Virus record (IMG/VR): IMGVR_UViG_3300020045_002075
Location: 1 to 33,778 of that record
Length of the DNA: 33,778 nucleotides
DNA from: a virus
Lineage: Duplodnaviria; Caudoviricetes
Direction: 5' to 3' (one strand)
Of the stretch, positions 24,449 to 32,790 are shown piece by piece (within the stretch, counting starts at the first letter, position 1; each line of letters starts with the position of its first letter). Both the position numbers and the translations under genes were made by a program. A model generated the notes under the pieces. The model saw nothing but the letters and a program-made list of their open reading frames with translations. It was not told the origin of the DNA and did not search any database.

Positions 24449-24533
24449 GTCCCACAAATCCACCGCTTCTCACTTCGGTATCATTGTAGGACAATGTGTA
24501 ATACTGTCGTTGGGTATAATGTGAGAAGCCAAC
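24449..24533 (-). promoter_or_regulatory. Structured 5' leader: two hairpins with complementary loops
   Basis: Loop CUUCUCAC of hairpin 24509-24533 is complementary to loop GUGAGAAG of hairpin 24449-24492. Confidence 0.6.
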
Positions 24534-24540
24534 TATTCTA

Positions 24541-24571
24541 CAAATCTACAAAACTAATTCGTAACCACAAA
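24541..24571 (-). promoter_or_regulatory. Bacteroidota promoter TTTG-N19-TAGATTTG
   Basis: -33 and -7 consensus elements with canonical spacing. Confidence 0.7.
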
Positions 24572-24814
24572 ATCTTTTTTAATAAATAATTCTGCATCCG
24601 TTACATTCATAAAAATAGGACTGAACTCGACTAATTTAGGAAACTTGTAATTATACTGTTCTTTGATTAAATTAGCTCGTTTTTTGAATGATGAACGAAT
24701 AAAAATAGGCTTGTTTAAATCGATTTTCTCGACTTCTAAGGACTTTAAATCGCCACCGATAGACTTAAACCATTCGTAAAATTTAATCTTTTCTTTGATG
24801 TTTTTTGCTTTCAT
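24554..24814 (-). CDS. Hypothetical protein
   Basis: Operon-coupled ORF. Confidence 0.55.
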   Translation of the reverse strand: MKAKNIKEKIKFYEWFKSIGGDLKSLEVEKIDLNKPIFIRSSFKKRANLIKEQYNYKFPKLVEFSPIFMNVTDAELFIKKDFVVTN

Positions 24815-24816
24815 AA

Positions 24817-25089
24817 TTATAGTTTTAAATAGTTCATTTTGCTTTCGTAAATTTCAGTTGTTCGTGTTACATATATTACCTCAGGTATTTTTTTACCAGC
24901 ATCGATTTTAGGTTCTAATTTATTTAAAGCCCTACGATGTTTTTTAAGTAGAATATCCCGCCAAACATCCATAGAAAACATATAATTGTTTTTGTTTTTA
25001 GGCAGACCGTTTCTTTTACAAATATATCGCAAGTTGCTTTCACTTAATCCTGTTGCTTTCGCAATGTCTTTTGACTTATAAATATTCAT
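24817..25089 (-). CDS. Putative HTH DNA-binding protein
   Basis: YKSKDIAKATGLSESNLRYIC helix-turn-helix pattern. Confidence 0.6.
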   Translation of the reverse strand: MNIYKSKDIAKATGLSESNLRYICKRNGLPKNKNNYMFSMDVWRDILLKKHRRALNKLEPKIDAGKKIPEVIYVTRTTEIYESKMNYLKL

Positions 25090-25091
25090 AA

Positions 25092-25397
25092 CTATTCATC
25101 TTTATAGTTTTTGTTTAACTTTTTATACAATGCAATTGCTTTAGGCTTTTCGGCTTCTGTAAGGCGGTGGATAGCGTATGAATAGCTATTACCAAATTTA
25201 TTATTGCGTTTGTCCATTACACGTTCTAAAAATAAGCCGTGAATAGTTTGGAGTTGCGATACTCTGGTACGGAAGCCTGAAAGATGGGGGAAGTCAAATA
25301 TTGATACATGACCTTGCAAGATTAAAGTTAATAGAACTTCCTGCTCGTTTGACTGCGGAAATTCATAGCCACTGAATAGGTTGGTTTGTGTTTTCAT
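25092..25397 (-). CDS. Hypothetical protein, possible winged helix
   Basis: EVLLTLILQGHVS...FRTRVSQLQ...NKFG. Confidence 0.5.
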   Translation of the reverse strand: MKTQTNLFSGYEFPQSNEQEVLLTLILQGHVSIFDFPHLSGFRTRVSQLQTIHGLFLERVMDKRNNKFGNSYSYAIHRLTEAEKPKAIALYKKLNKNYKDE

Positions 25398-25399
25398 AG

Positions 25400-26353
25400 T
25401 TAAAATAGTTTATTATTAATAATATTTCCTTTGCCGTTCCAAAATATGCTTTCAAACACCTTCTTTTTATTGTTAGTTGCTGATAGACTGCTACGGTGTT
25501 TAAACATTTCAATCTTTTCAAAAGGGGCATCGTATTCAGACAAATAAGCAGGATATTCTAAATTAGCAAACCACTGATAAAAAGCATCGTGATTAAATCC
25601 ACCCTCTTTATATTCACCCGTTCCTTTATATGGAATATCACAATAAATAATCGGATTACCATTAGGATTAATCAATACTTTTTCGTAACTTGTATTGCTA
25701 ATTTGTATGTTTTGTATGTTTTGTATGTTTTGTATGTTTTGTATGTTTTGTAGGTTTTGTAGACGTGTTAAGTGTTCTACTAATTCCAAATTTTGAACAC
25801 GATTATCTTCTAATAAAGTTATGTTTTTCTTTATATGATTACAGAATGCTAATCGTCTATTTTGCACACCATCAATCTCAATAAGATTAGGAATATCAAC
25901 GCCAATTTCACGCATACTATCTAAACATCCATTTACAATAAATTCGTGTGCTAAACGTTTTATTTTTTCAATTTCCGCTCCGTATAAATATGAATTTTGA
26001 CTATTACCAAAACTCCAGCAACTCATTACAAAACCACTAAACCAATCCGCATCATCATTGCTTTTATTAATTTGTTTATGAAACTCCTCTCGAGTAACCC
26101 ATTCGTAAAATTTAGGCTCGAGCGTTTTATTGTTTTTTAAATATTCTACAAGTGAAAAAATATGCTTATTTAGTTCGTTGTAGTGAACATTAAACCTATA
26201 ATCTCTAATTGCAGTAAAACTAATCGAACCACCGCCACCAAACAAATCATAAAAATCTGTTATACCGTTATGCCGTTGTGTTATTTTAGATAATATTTCA
26301 GAGGCTAATTTTCGCTTACTTCCCATATACGGAATGCCTAATTTTTCATTCAT
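25400..26353 (-). CDS. DNA N6-adenine methyltransferase, D12/Dam-like class
   Basis: PYMGSK, motif I DLFGGGGS, YNELN, motif IV YCDIPY (DPPY variant), LSEY. Confidence 0.85.
   Translation of the reverse strand: MNEKLGIPYMGSKRKLASEILSKITQRHNGITDFYDLFGGGGSISFTAIRDYRFNVHYNELNKHIFSLVEYLKNNKTLEPKFYEWVTREEFHKQINKSNDDADWFSGFVMSCWSFGNSQNSYLYGAEIEKIKRLAHEFIVNGCLDSMREIGVDIPNLIEIDGVQNRRLAFCNHIKKNITLLEDNRVQNLELVEHLTRLQNLQNIQNIQNIQNIQNIQISNTSYEKVLINPNGNPIIYCDIPYKGTGEYKEGGFNHDAFYQWFANLEYPAYLSEYDAPFEKIEMFKHRSSLSATNNKKKVFESIFWNGKGNIINNKLF
25702..25762. repeat. 9-bp tandem repeat: (TTTGTATGT)x5 plus variant copies, encoding LQN/IQN repeats
   Basis: Read directly; in frame within the adenine methyltransferase. 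Confidence 0.95.
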
Positions 26354-26358
26354 AGTTT

Positions 26359-27054
26359 TTAGTTTTTAAATTTGCAAAACTTACTTTCGTAAATTCCTAA
26401 TTCAAGATTGATTTCATTTCTTAATTTAATTCTTTCAGCAATAGAATAAGTTAAATCTAATTTTTTTAACCTTAAAGCTATTTTAGCCGATTTAAGCGAT
26501 AGTTCTTTGTATTGCCACTCTTTATACTCCAAAGCGGGAGTTTGTCTAAGTGAAGCGATAAAATCCATATAAGATTGACCGTATTCGTTTGTTAAACCGT
26601 CCCGAAGTAAGCCGTCATCATTTTGCCAATGGTTAGATTGTGCTGATTGCCTATGAATATTGTGCAAATTATAACGGATTGTTTGATTGCCTCCACGTGA
26701 AAATACGTGTCCCGCATGGAGTTGTCCTTTTTGATTTCGTGCCAAGCATAAAAGGTCTTTGTCGATAAGGCGAACTATTTTATTGATATTGGTTTGTAAT
26801 TCTGTTTTCCAACTCTTTGTGTTAGAACGCATTTTCTTTTCATTCTCCCTTTGAATAGATTTCAATTTCAAACTAACTTTAGGTAAAAATGATTTTTGGT
26901 AAATGATTTTGCCTATTTCGGTTTCGTGATAAAAATCCCAAAGGCAACCATTACACATTCCATAGGTTCGCTTTTCAAATTCAGTCATTGTTTTACCACA
27001 GCTTTCAAATCCGTTAGCTTTGCCTTGTGATTTGCAGATAATTGGTTTAGTCAT
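26359..27054 (-). CDS. ninG: NinG/Rap-like recombination endonuclease
   Basis: INKIVRLID...HAGHVFSRG...IRYNLHNIHRQ parallels lambda NinG DAGHY...LRFNERNIHKQ. Confidence 0.7.
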   Translation of the reverse strand: MTKPIICKSQGKANGFESCGKTMTEFEKRTYGMCNGCLWDFYHETEIGKIIYQKSFLPKVSLKLKSIQRENEKKMRSNTKSWKTELQTNINKIVRLIDKDLLCLARNQKGQLHAGHVFSRGGNQTIRYNLHNIHRQSAQSNHWQNDDGLLRDGLTNEYGQSYMDFIASLRQTPALEYKEWQYKELSLKSAKIALRLKKLDLTYSIAERIKLRNEINLELGIYESKFCKFKN

Positions 27055-27487
27055 AATTCAATTGTAAATCTTCGTTAGGATTAGGAATGTCAATATCTAA
27101 AAATTCTTTAGACCATTTTTGTAATTCCATTATAAACTCGCAAAATTGAGTAGTAGTCATGTCGCTACTTGTTAGTCTTTCGTTTGTGATTTCGCCAGTA
27201 TTGATATTTACCAATTCACGCAAAGGAGCAAACAAAGGAAGTAAGATATTGTAATGGATATTGTCAGCACTTCTAAACTCTCCTGTAGCCTCTTTAATAC
27301 CGTTTTGGATTAGCGGAATAACACAACCCCAATAAAACCTATTTTGATTGTTAGAACGCTTCTTTTTAGGTTTCTCCAATGAAATAACAACCTCTTTACC
27401 TTCAAAAGACTTAATAGCATCAATAACTAAATTGCGGTTTCTTTTAAATATTCCGTTGTGTATTGAGGTTGTTATGTTTATTTTCAT
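27047..27487 (-). CDS. NinB/YbcN-like recombination protein
   Basis: KRSNNQNRFYWG, TSSDMTTTQFCEFI and IDIPNP. Confidence 0.65.
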   Translation of the reverse strand: MKINITTSIHNGIFKRNRNLVIDAIKSFEGKEVVISLEKPKKKRSNNQNRFYWGCVIPLIQNGIKEATGEFRSADNIHYNILLPLFAPLRELVNINTGEITNERLTSSDMTTTQFCEFIMELQKWSKEFLDIDIPNPNEDLQLNYD

Positions 27488-27540
27488 TGTGGTATAATTA
27501 AATCAAAAGTTGAAATCAAATTTTTTAGGTTTGGATTATC

Positions 27541-27909
27541 TCAAAATGGTAAATTTTCCTCGTTTTCTGCTCCTAAATGCGCAGGCTCTTGATTAGATTG
27601 CGGTTGTGCATTTCCTTGATTTGCTTCAACTTTGATAATTTTCCACGCTGACAAAGTAGTATAATAATTCCCGTTGTGTTCATTTGTATTGACATTAAAC
27701 TCAACCGTTACCGTATCGCCTTCACTTTGGTGTTTTGTTAAGTTAGCTACCTTTTCATCGCCAAAAACCTCAAAGCAATAAATGTTGTTATATTGGGTTT
27801 CACTATCAACTAAGAAGCTTTGTTTTACCCATTGACCGCTACCGTCTTTTTTAGTTCCTGTTTGTTGCGGTAAGAACCGTTTTAATTTTCCTGTTACTGA
27901 TAAATTCAT
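27541..27909 (-). CDS. DUF3127 single-stranded DNA-binding protein
   Basis: VTGKLK...WVKQSFLV...CFEVFG...YYTTLSAWKI; acidic tail ending in LPF. Confidence 0.85.
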   Translation of the reverse strand: MNLSVTGKLKRFLPQQTGTKKDGSGQWVKQSFLVDSETQYNNIYCFEVFGDEKVANLTKHQSEGDTVTVEFNVNTNEHNGNYYTTLSAWKIIKVEANQGNAQPQSNQEPAHLGAENEENLPF

Positions 27910-27911
27910 AA

Positions 27912-28529
27912 TTAAAATTGTTGATTATTTGTTAAATATTGAATAAACTCTTGTTTTAAATTTTCGGCTTCTGCAACACGTTCTTTTATTAAATTAATCA
28001 TAACCTCGTCACGAGGCACTATAATTTCGTGCCACATTTCAACACCGTTAAAAATAATGTAATTAAAGAAATGACATTGATTTGAATTACTGCATAACAT
28101 TTGCATTTGCATCTGACAAATATATTCTTTGTCGATTGCTTCAATTCCTTTAGCTACTAATTTAAAGAATTTCTTTGAACGTGGCGACTTGATTTCTAAT
28201 ATCGCATCGTCGCCTACTATGCCGTCAGGACTTGCTCCCGCATTGTCGCCAAGTGGGAAAAAGTAACTTTCTTTCACATCAATAAAATCAAGTTCTTTTA
28301 ACTCTTTAAACTTACGAAATGCTAAAGGTTCTAAAGTAATTCCACGTTGCATATCAAAAGAAGTAAAACTATCTTCTTCATCTGTACCGTAAACAACCTC
28401 GCACGCCATTTCAAAAGCGTAATTTTCTCCAGTTAATCCTAATCCTTTAACTCCGAGTAGTTCACTTATTCTTGAGGCTGTAAATCTACCTTTACGAACG
28501 TCAAACCACTCATTACTGCGCTGTTCCAT
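27912..28529 (-). CDS. YqaJ/lambda-type exonuclease
   Basis: EQRSNEWFDVRKGRFTAS, RGITLEP, GASPDG, LEIKSP and YICQMQ. Confidence 0.9.
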   Translation of the reverse strand: MEQRSNEWFDVRKGRFTASRISELLGVKGLGLTGENYAFEMACEVVYGTDEEDSFTSFDMQRGITLEPLAFRKFKELKELDFIDVKESYFFPLGDNAGASPDGIVGDDAILEIKSPRSKKFFKLVAKGIEAIDKEYICQMQMQMLCSNSNQCHFFNYIIFNGVEMWHEIIVPRDEVMINLIKERVAEAENLKQEFIQYLTNNQQF

Positions 28530-29013
28530 AAATCAAATATTCATTATAAACATCGTCAGTAAGCGTGTAGATTTTTTCAATCTGTTCTTTTGTTGCGTTG
28601 GCTTTTTTTGCTTTCTCAAAATTAGCCTCAGTAAATAACGGTTTAGTGTTTACTCTCGGTTGCACCTGTCTAATTCTAACACCTTGAGTTAGTCCACCGC
28701 TTACGGATTTGACGTTTTCCTCAACGTATAATTCAACTGCTACGTTATTCCAATCCTGTACAAAAGAACTGCCTGTAAATAGCTTAATTTGCTTTGAGTT
28801 GGTTGCGTTTAAAACCATTGGTTTAATAGGCTCAATAAAATACGCAATATTCGCATCCATTTTTTTACCCGCAACCTTTGCGCCTTTTTCTTGTTTGACG
28901 CATTTAATTGTAAACACAAGCGGTTTGCCTTGTTCAATTAAATCTTCTAAATCCGCACTTCCTAAGTGGTCTGATTTAAATACATTTCTGTAGTGGTCTT
29001 TCTTGTTTTCCAT
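28513..29013 (-). CDS. Putative recombination protein (single-strand-annealing-protein position)
   Basis: Adjacent to the exonuclease and SSB; KPMVLNATN motif; family not recognised with certainty. Confidence 0.45.
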   Translation of the reverse strand: MENKKDHYRNVFKSDHLGSADLEDLIEQGKPLVFTIKCVKQEKGAKVAGKKMDANIAYFIEPIKPMVLNATNSKQIKLFTGSSFVQDWNNVAVELYVEENVKSVSGGLTQGVRIRQVQPRVNTKPLFTEANFEKAKKANATKEQIEKIYTLTDDVYNEYLIYGTAQ

Positions 29014-29032
29014 AATAATTTCAGTTTTTAAA

Positions 29033-29089
29033 GCCCTTTGAGTTAAAGGGCTGTTTTGGTTGTTGTTTAATCCCTCCGAAATCGGGGGA
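29033..29089. other. Two intergenic stem-loops
   Basis: AGCCCTTTG-AGT-TAAAGGGCT and TCCCTCCG-AAAT-CGGGGGA. Confidence 0.5.
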
Positions 29090-29117
29090 ATATAATTTAG
29101 ACTAATTTAGAATGAAG

Positions 29118-29417
29118 TTATTTAGTCATGTTCTTTCCACATCGACCATAAAAAGACCGTGTATATAAAGGATAACGGCTTTGTTTTGCTATTCCATTTC
29201 CAACTACTTCAAATGGTTTTTGTTTCGGGGTTTGCAATACTTCAAAACTTTTAGGAAGTCCGTTATGGTCTATACCATAAATGAAATCGCTTTTCCCTTG
29301 CAAATATGCTTTTAGCATTCTTTGGTTAAACATTCTTTCTTCTTTGTTTTTGAAGTCAGAAGTTTTGCCTAAAAATTGTCTTTTTGGTTTTGGTATAATA
29401 CCGTGAATTGTGTTCAT
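29118..29417 (-). CDS. Hypothetical protein
   Basis: ORF in the early arm (RMLKAYLQG). Confidence 0.6.
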   Translation of the reverse strand: MNTIHGIIPKPKRQFLGKTSDFKNKEERMFNQRMLKAYLQGKSDFIYGIDHNGLPKSFEVLQTPKQKPFEVVGNGIAKQSRYPLYTRSFYGRCGKNMTK

Positions 29418-29471
29418 AATTTTGATTTTTAAAGTTATATAAAGATACTGATTTAATTCTTTGGAATTGTT

Positions 29472-29585
29472 CTAAATTAAGGGTAAGAATATAAATAATA
29501 TTACAAGCACAATAGCCATTGCAATAATAAAATCTGCTGCTGCGGAAAGAATAAATTTCAATTCCTTTTTGTCTTGTGGTGTCAT
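29472..29585 (-). CDS. Small single-TM peptide (37 aa), absent from the ORF track
   Basis: MTPQDKKELKFILSAAADFIIAMAIVLVILFIFLPLI*; ATGA overlap. Confidence 0.5.
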   Translation of the reverse strand: MTPQDKKELKFILSAAADFIIAMAIVLVILFIFLPLI

Positions 29586-29749
29586 ATCGATTTCAATAAT
29601 TTAGTTAATTTAGTTTCTGCCTTGTCTAATTTGTAAATCAATTCAAGAGTTAAAATCCCGCAAGTTCGTAACTCACGCAAGTCGATTATTTTTTGATTTA
29701 AGCGTTTAATTTTGGCGTATTTTTCGGGTGGTATTGTGTGGTGGTTCAT
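29582..29749 (-). CDS. Small hypothetical protein (55 aa), absent from the ORF track
   Basis: MNHHTIPPEKYAKIKRLNQKIIDLRELRTCGILTLELIYKLDKAETKLTKLLKSI*; starts 1 nt after the YopX stop. Confidence 0.55.
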   Translation of the reverse strand: MNHHTIPPEKYAKIKRLNQKIIDLRELRTCGILTLELIYKLDKAETKLTKLLKSI

Positions 29750-29750
29750 G

Positions 29751-30170
29751 TTATTTATTTAATAATTTTGGATTTTCATAGATGTTCCCGATTATTTCTA
29801 CATCAACATCTTTAAAACTAAATTGATATTCACCTTTGACAACATCGTCAATAGTTTCATAGCAGAAACAAGCAAATTCATTATGCCAAATCATTTTGGC
29901 TCTGTCTTGATGCTTAGTTATTAAAACATCACCCTCATAAATATCAACACCGTTCTTATCTTTTAATCCCGTGAATTGCATAATAGGAAACTTATTGGCT
30001 TTTTCAGTTGCGGAATTATAATTTTCGTGCGCCCAAAATTCACTATAACCATCTACTGTAAACCCTAAAGAATAACTCCCTTCAAAATCAAAATATTGTA
30101 ATCCTGATTTTTCAAGTATAATCATTTCTTCTCCGTCCCACGCTCTAAATTTTATTTCTCTATTTTTCAT
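29751..30170 (-). CDS. YopX family protein
   Basis: REIKFRAWD, MQFTGLKDKNGVDIYEGD and EIIGNIYENP. Confidence 0.9.
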   Translation of the reverse strand: MKNREIKFRAWDGEEMIILEKSGLQYFDFEGSYSLGFTVDGYSEFWAHENYNSATEKANKFPIMQFTGLKDKNGVDIYEGDVLITKHQDRAKMIWHNEFACFCYETIDDVVKGEYQFSFKDVDVEIIGNIYENPKLLNK

Positions 30171-30646
30171 ATCTCGTTTAGTTTAATATCAAATTTATCA
30201 GCTAAATCTTTAATCGTTTCAATCGCTTTGGTGCGCTCGGTGTTTAGTTTGCGGATGTGTTTCCAATTATTAGTGCCTAAACTCGTTTTATGAAACGCAA
30301 CTACTTTTTTCTCGTGGTTATCTGTTTCAGGAAAAAAACAACCGAATAACCAAACTTCCCAATCTACATTATTGTCACTAACCTCCACCTCTTCCAAATA
30401 CTCGAAAGTAGGAGTTAGGAATTTCGATGCTGGGTGGGTTGTGGAGTTGTTATCATTTATATATTTTAAATTTTTCCACACACCTGAACCGTAACTTTTT
30501 TTAGGAAAGTAATAATTGTAACCATGCTGACTTAATTTATAACCACAATTATTCTTAGGGTTTAATTCAGTTATTGCTTTCGCTTCCGCATCAGTCTGAC
30601 AATGGATGCACTCGTTTTCTGTGAAATTTTCAAATGGATTTTTCAT
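30167..30646 (-). CDS. Hypothetical protein
   Basis: Operon-coupled ORF. Confidence 0.6.
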   Translation of the reverse strand: MKNPFENFTENECIHCQTDAEAKAITELNPKNNCGYKLSQHGYNYYFPKKSYGSGVWKNLKYINDNNSTTHPASKFLTPTFEYLEEVEVSDNNVDWEVWLFGCFFPETDNHEKKVVAFHKTSLGTNNWKHIRKLNTERTKAIETIKDLADKFDIKLNEI

Positions 30647-30658
30647 TTTGTTTAGTTT

Positions 30659-30943
30659 TTAATTGTTTTCTATGTTGTATAATTTATTTTCAAGTTTATC
30701 TACTTCTTCCGCTTCTGAAACGCCCCAATTCCTTAAAGCATCGTTTGAACTTCTTAATTTTTCAAGTTCATTATCAAAATCCCAAAGTATATTTTCTATA
30801 TCTGAAATAATATCTTTTAAATCTTCAACTTCATCTATTTTTTGATAATTCCTAACAAGTTTCATTATTTCATTTTGCCCTTTAATTAGTTTATCAATAT
30901 CAGGACAAGTGTGTCTTATTGGTTCTCTGCGGTGACTTCCCAT
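30659..30943 (-). CDS. Hypothetical coiled-coil protein
   Basis: HTCPDID...LRSSNDALRNWG. Confidence 0.65.
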   Translation of the reverse strand: MGSHRREPIRHTCPDIDKLIKGQNEIMKLVRNYQKIDEVEDLKDIISDIENILWDFDNELEKLRSSNDALRNWGVSEAEEVDKLENKLYNIENN

Positions 30944-30952
30944 AATAATTGT

Positions 30953-31309
30953 TTAATAAAATTCACTTCTTTTTACTCCGTTTTCGTTGTACAAGTCTGT
31001 GTATTCCCATTCCATGTCCTCCTCACTCTCTTTCAATACTTCTTTAACGTGTTCTACTTTGTCAAGTATTGATTTTTGCATTTTGTCGAGTTGCTTTTGA
31101 GTTGGTTCAAGTATTACCCAGCAACTATTGTTTTTAGTCATCCCGAAATCCTCGACTATAACTTTATAATTGTCTTCCATTTTTCCGTAAAAGCTAATTG
31201 AGTAACTTCCGAAATTAGCACTTATCCCAATTGTTTCAATGTCTTTTGTTCCTGTATCAAGTTTGATGTTTTGGATTAAGGAATTGAATATGGTGGTTGG
31301 TAGTTTCAT
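30953..31309 (-). CDS. Hypothetical protein
   Basis: Operon-coupled ORF. Confidence 0.6.
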   Translation of the reverse strand: MKLPTTIFNSLIQNIKLDTGTKDIETIGISANFGSYSISFYGKMEDNYKVIVEDFGMTKNNSCWVILEPTQKQLDKMQKSILDKVEHVKEVLKESEEDMEWEYTDLYNENGVKRSEFY

Positions 31310-31313
31310 AGTT

Positions 31314-31916
31314 TTAAACTGTTAATAATTCTTTTTGATATGCATTTGACGCTTCTAATTCACAAGTAAATAATCCTAAGAATTTTAATTTACCGTTAAT
31401 CCAAATTTGAGCAGTCCATTTTTTATTTCTTTTATGCCAGCTAACACCTGTGAATTGACTACTTGACGATAAGTGTTTGTGATTAGAATTTTCTCTTGCA
31501 GTAACAATTTCTAAATTTTCAACATTATTATTTATTTTATTAAAATCAATGTGATTAACTACTAATTTATAACCACAAGGTTTATGATTTAAAAAAGCCT
31601 CTGCTACAAGTTGATGAATCTTTTTACTTTTTTGAATACCATTACGTAAAGTTATATAATAATACCCCTTTGCTTCTAATCTTGGTTTTAAAATCCTTTC
31701 TTTACCAAATTTTAAACTCTTAACATTTCCTAAATTACTAACTTCGTAATCTTCAAATCCTTCAATTATTTTCCATATTTCTTTTTTCATGGTTTTCAAA
31801 GGTTTATCAAAATCACTATTATAGACTTTTGATGTTTCTAACTTTGGCTCGTTTCTCGGAATGAATTTATCTGATAAAGCTTTGTTGTTTGCTTTGAATA
31901 GGTCTTGTGTTTTCAT
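31314..31916 (-). CDS. NUMOD4-HNH-AP2 homing endonuclease-like protein (possible internal start at 31790)
   Basis: EIWKIIEGFEDYEVSNLGNVKS (NUMOD4); HQLVAEAF, VNHIDFNKINNNVENLE (HNH_3); FTGVSW...WTAQI...LGLF (AP2-like). Confidence 0.9.
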   Translation of the reverse strand: MKTQDLFKANNKALSDKFIPRNEPKLETSKVYNSDFDKPLKTMKKEIWKIIEGFEDYEVSNLGNVKSLKFGKERILKPRLEAKGYYYITLRNGIQKSKKIHQLVAEAFLNHKPCGYKLVVNHIDFNKINNNVENLEIVTARENSNHKHLSSSSQFTGVSWHKRNKKWTAQIWINGKLKFLGLFTCELEASNAYQKELLTV

Positions 31917-31918
31917 AA

Positions 31919-32197
31919 TTAATTAGTTACTAATTCTTTTTTATAATCTTCTATTAACTTAGCGCATACATCCTCTGAGAATTGATGGTCTAGTTTGCGG
32001 AAGCGTGAGGCTTTATATCCAAGACTATACAACTCACCTTCAAAAAACACGGTGTTAATTTCTTCTAAAAAGACAGCGTTGCCAACAATATGATATATAG
32101 TGTAGATTTCGTTTTTAACCAATGTTTTAGTTTTTGTTGTCAATCCTATGCTATCGTCTACACAAACAACCCTTTCCCCTACTTTAAAATTACTCAT
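31919..32197 (-). CDS. Hypothetical protein
   Basis: FKVGERVVCVD...YKASRFRKL. Confidence 0.65.
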   Translation of the reverse strand: MSNFKVGERVVCVDDSIGLTTKTKTLVKNEIYTIYHIVGNAVFLEEINTVFFEGELYSLGYKASRFRKLDHQFSEDVCAKLIEDYKKELVTN

Positions 32198-32198
32198 A

Positions 32199-32351
32199 TC
32201 ACTTATTTTTAAATGGTTCTACAATTTTGTCAATGGCTTCTAAACATTTGCTTTTTACCTTTTCAGGGACTAAAGCATGAATAGTAACTGTTTCTATTCC
32301 TTTTTTGTACTTTGGCTTTGCGCCTGCGTTACGCTCGTTTTTCTTTTTCAT
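32199..32351 (-). CDS. Small basic, possibly DNA-binding protein (50 aa), absent from the ORF track
   Basis: MKKKNERNAGAKPKYKKGIETVTIHALVPEKVKSKCLEAIDKIVEPFKNK*; fills the intergenic gap; ribbon-helix-like pattern. Confidence 0.6.
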   Translation of the reverse strand: MKKKNERNAGAKPKYKKGIETVTIHALVPEKVKSKCLEAIDKIVEPFKNK

Positions 32352-32356
32352 GGTTA

Positions 32357-32674
32357 TTATTTAAAAGTTTTATCAATATCAATTCCTTTATGCTTTTTAA
32401 TAACTTCCTCAACAACATCTATTGGAACCCATCCATAAACGGTGTTAGTTGGATTTTCCATATCTTCAGCATACTTATTAATAAGAGTTTCTTCTTTGCT
32501 TGGAAATCCTAATTCAACAAAGAAATATCTATTAGTGTCTATTCTTGGTTCGCAATAATGCCCAGCTGAACCCTGAACAGAAATACTAAATCCATCTTTA
32601 CATATAATTCTATTTCTTTGTTGGTATTCTTTTCCTTCTTGAAAAGTAATAGCTAAAAATTGTTTTACATTCAT
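32357..32674 (-). CDS. Hypothetical protein, first gene of the early arm
   Basis: CKDGFSISVQ, HYCEPR, VELGFPS and TVYGWVP. Confidence 0.75.
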   Translation of the reverse strand: MNVKQFLAITFQEGKEYQQRNRIICKDGFSISVQGSAGHYCEPRIDTNRYFFVELGFPSKEETLINKYAEDMENPTNTVYGWVPIDVVEEVIKKHKGIDIDKTFK

Positions 32675-32700
32675 AATTCCTATCTTTTAGTTTGATAAGT

Positions 32701-32733
32701 CAAAGATAATTCAAATTAATTTAATTAAACAAA
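32701..32733 (-). promoter_or_regulatory. Bacteroidota promoter TTTG-N21-TATCTTTG (early arm)
   Basis: -33 and -7 consensus upstream of the ATG at 32674. Confidence 0.7.
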
Positions 32734-32763
32734 AAATCTAAACTATTTTTAATACAACCATCT

Positions 32764-32782
32764 ATTTATATTAATTCTAAAT
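32764..32782. promoter_or_regulatory. 19-bp operator ATTTATATTAATTCTAAAT, copy 2
   Basis: Identical to 19444-19462; lies between the divergent promoters. Confidence 0.55.
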
Positions 32783-32790
32783 AAAGATTG

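Noticed and set aside
29095-29113. ATTTAGACTAATTTAGAAT as a third copy of the 19-bp operator
   Set aside because: Only the left half fits, the right half has several mismatches, and no clear promoter is adjacent.
20437-32512. Plus-strand track ORFs within the early arm (20437, 21680, 23453, 28709, 30663, 32312)
   Set aside because: They are antisense shadows of tightly coupled minus-strand genes.
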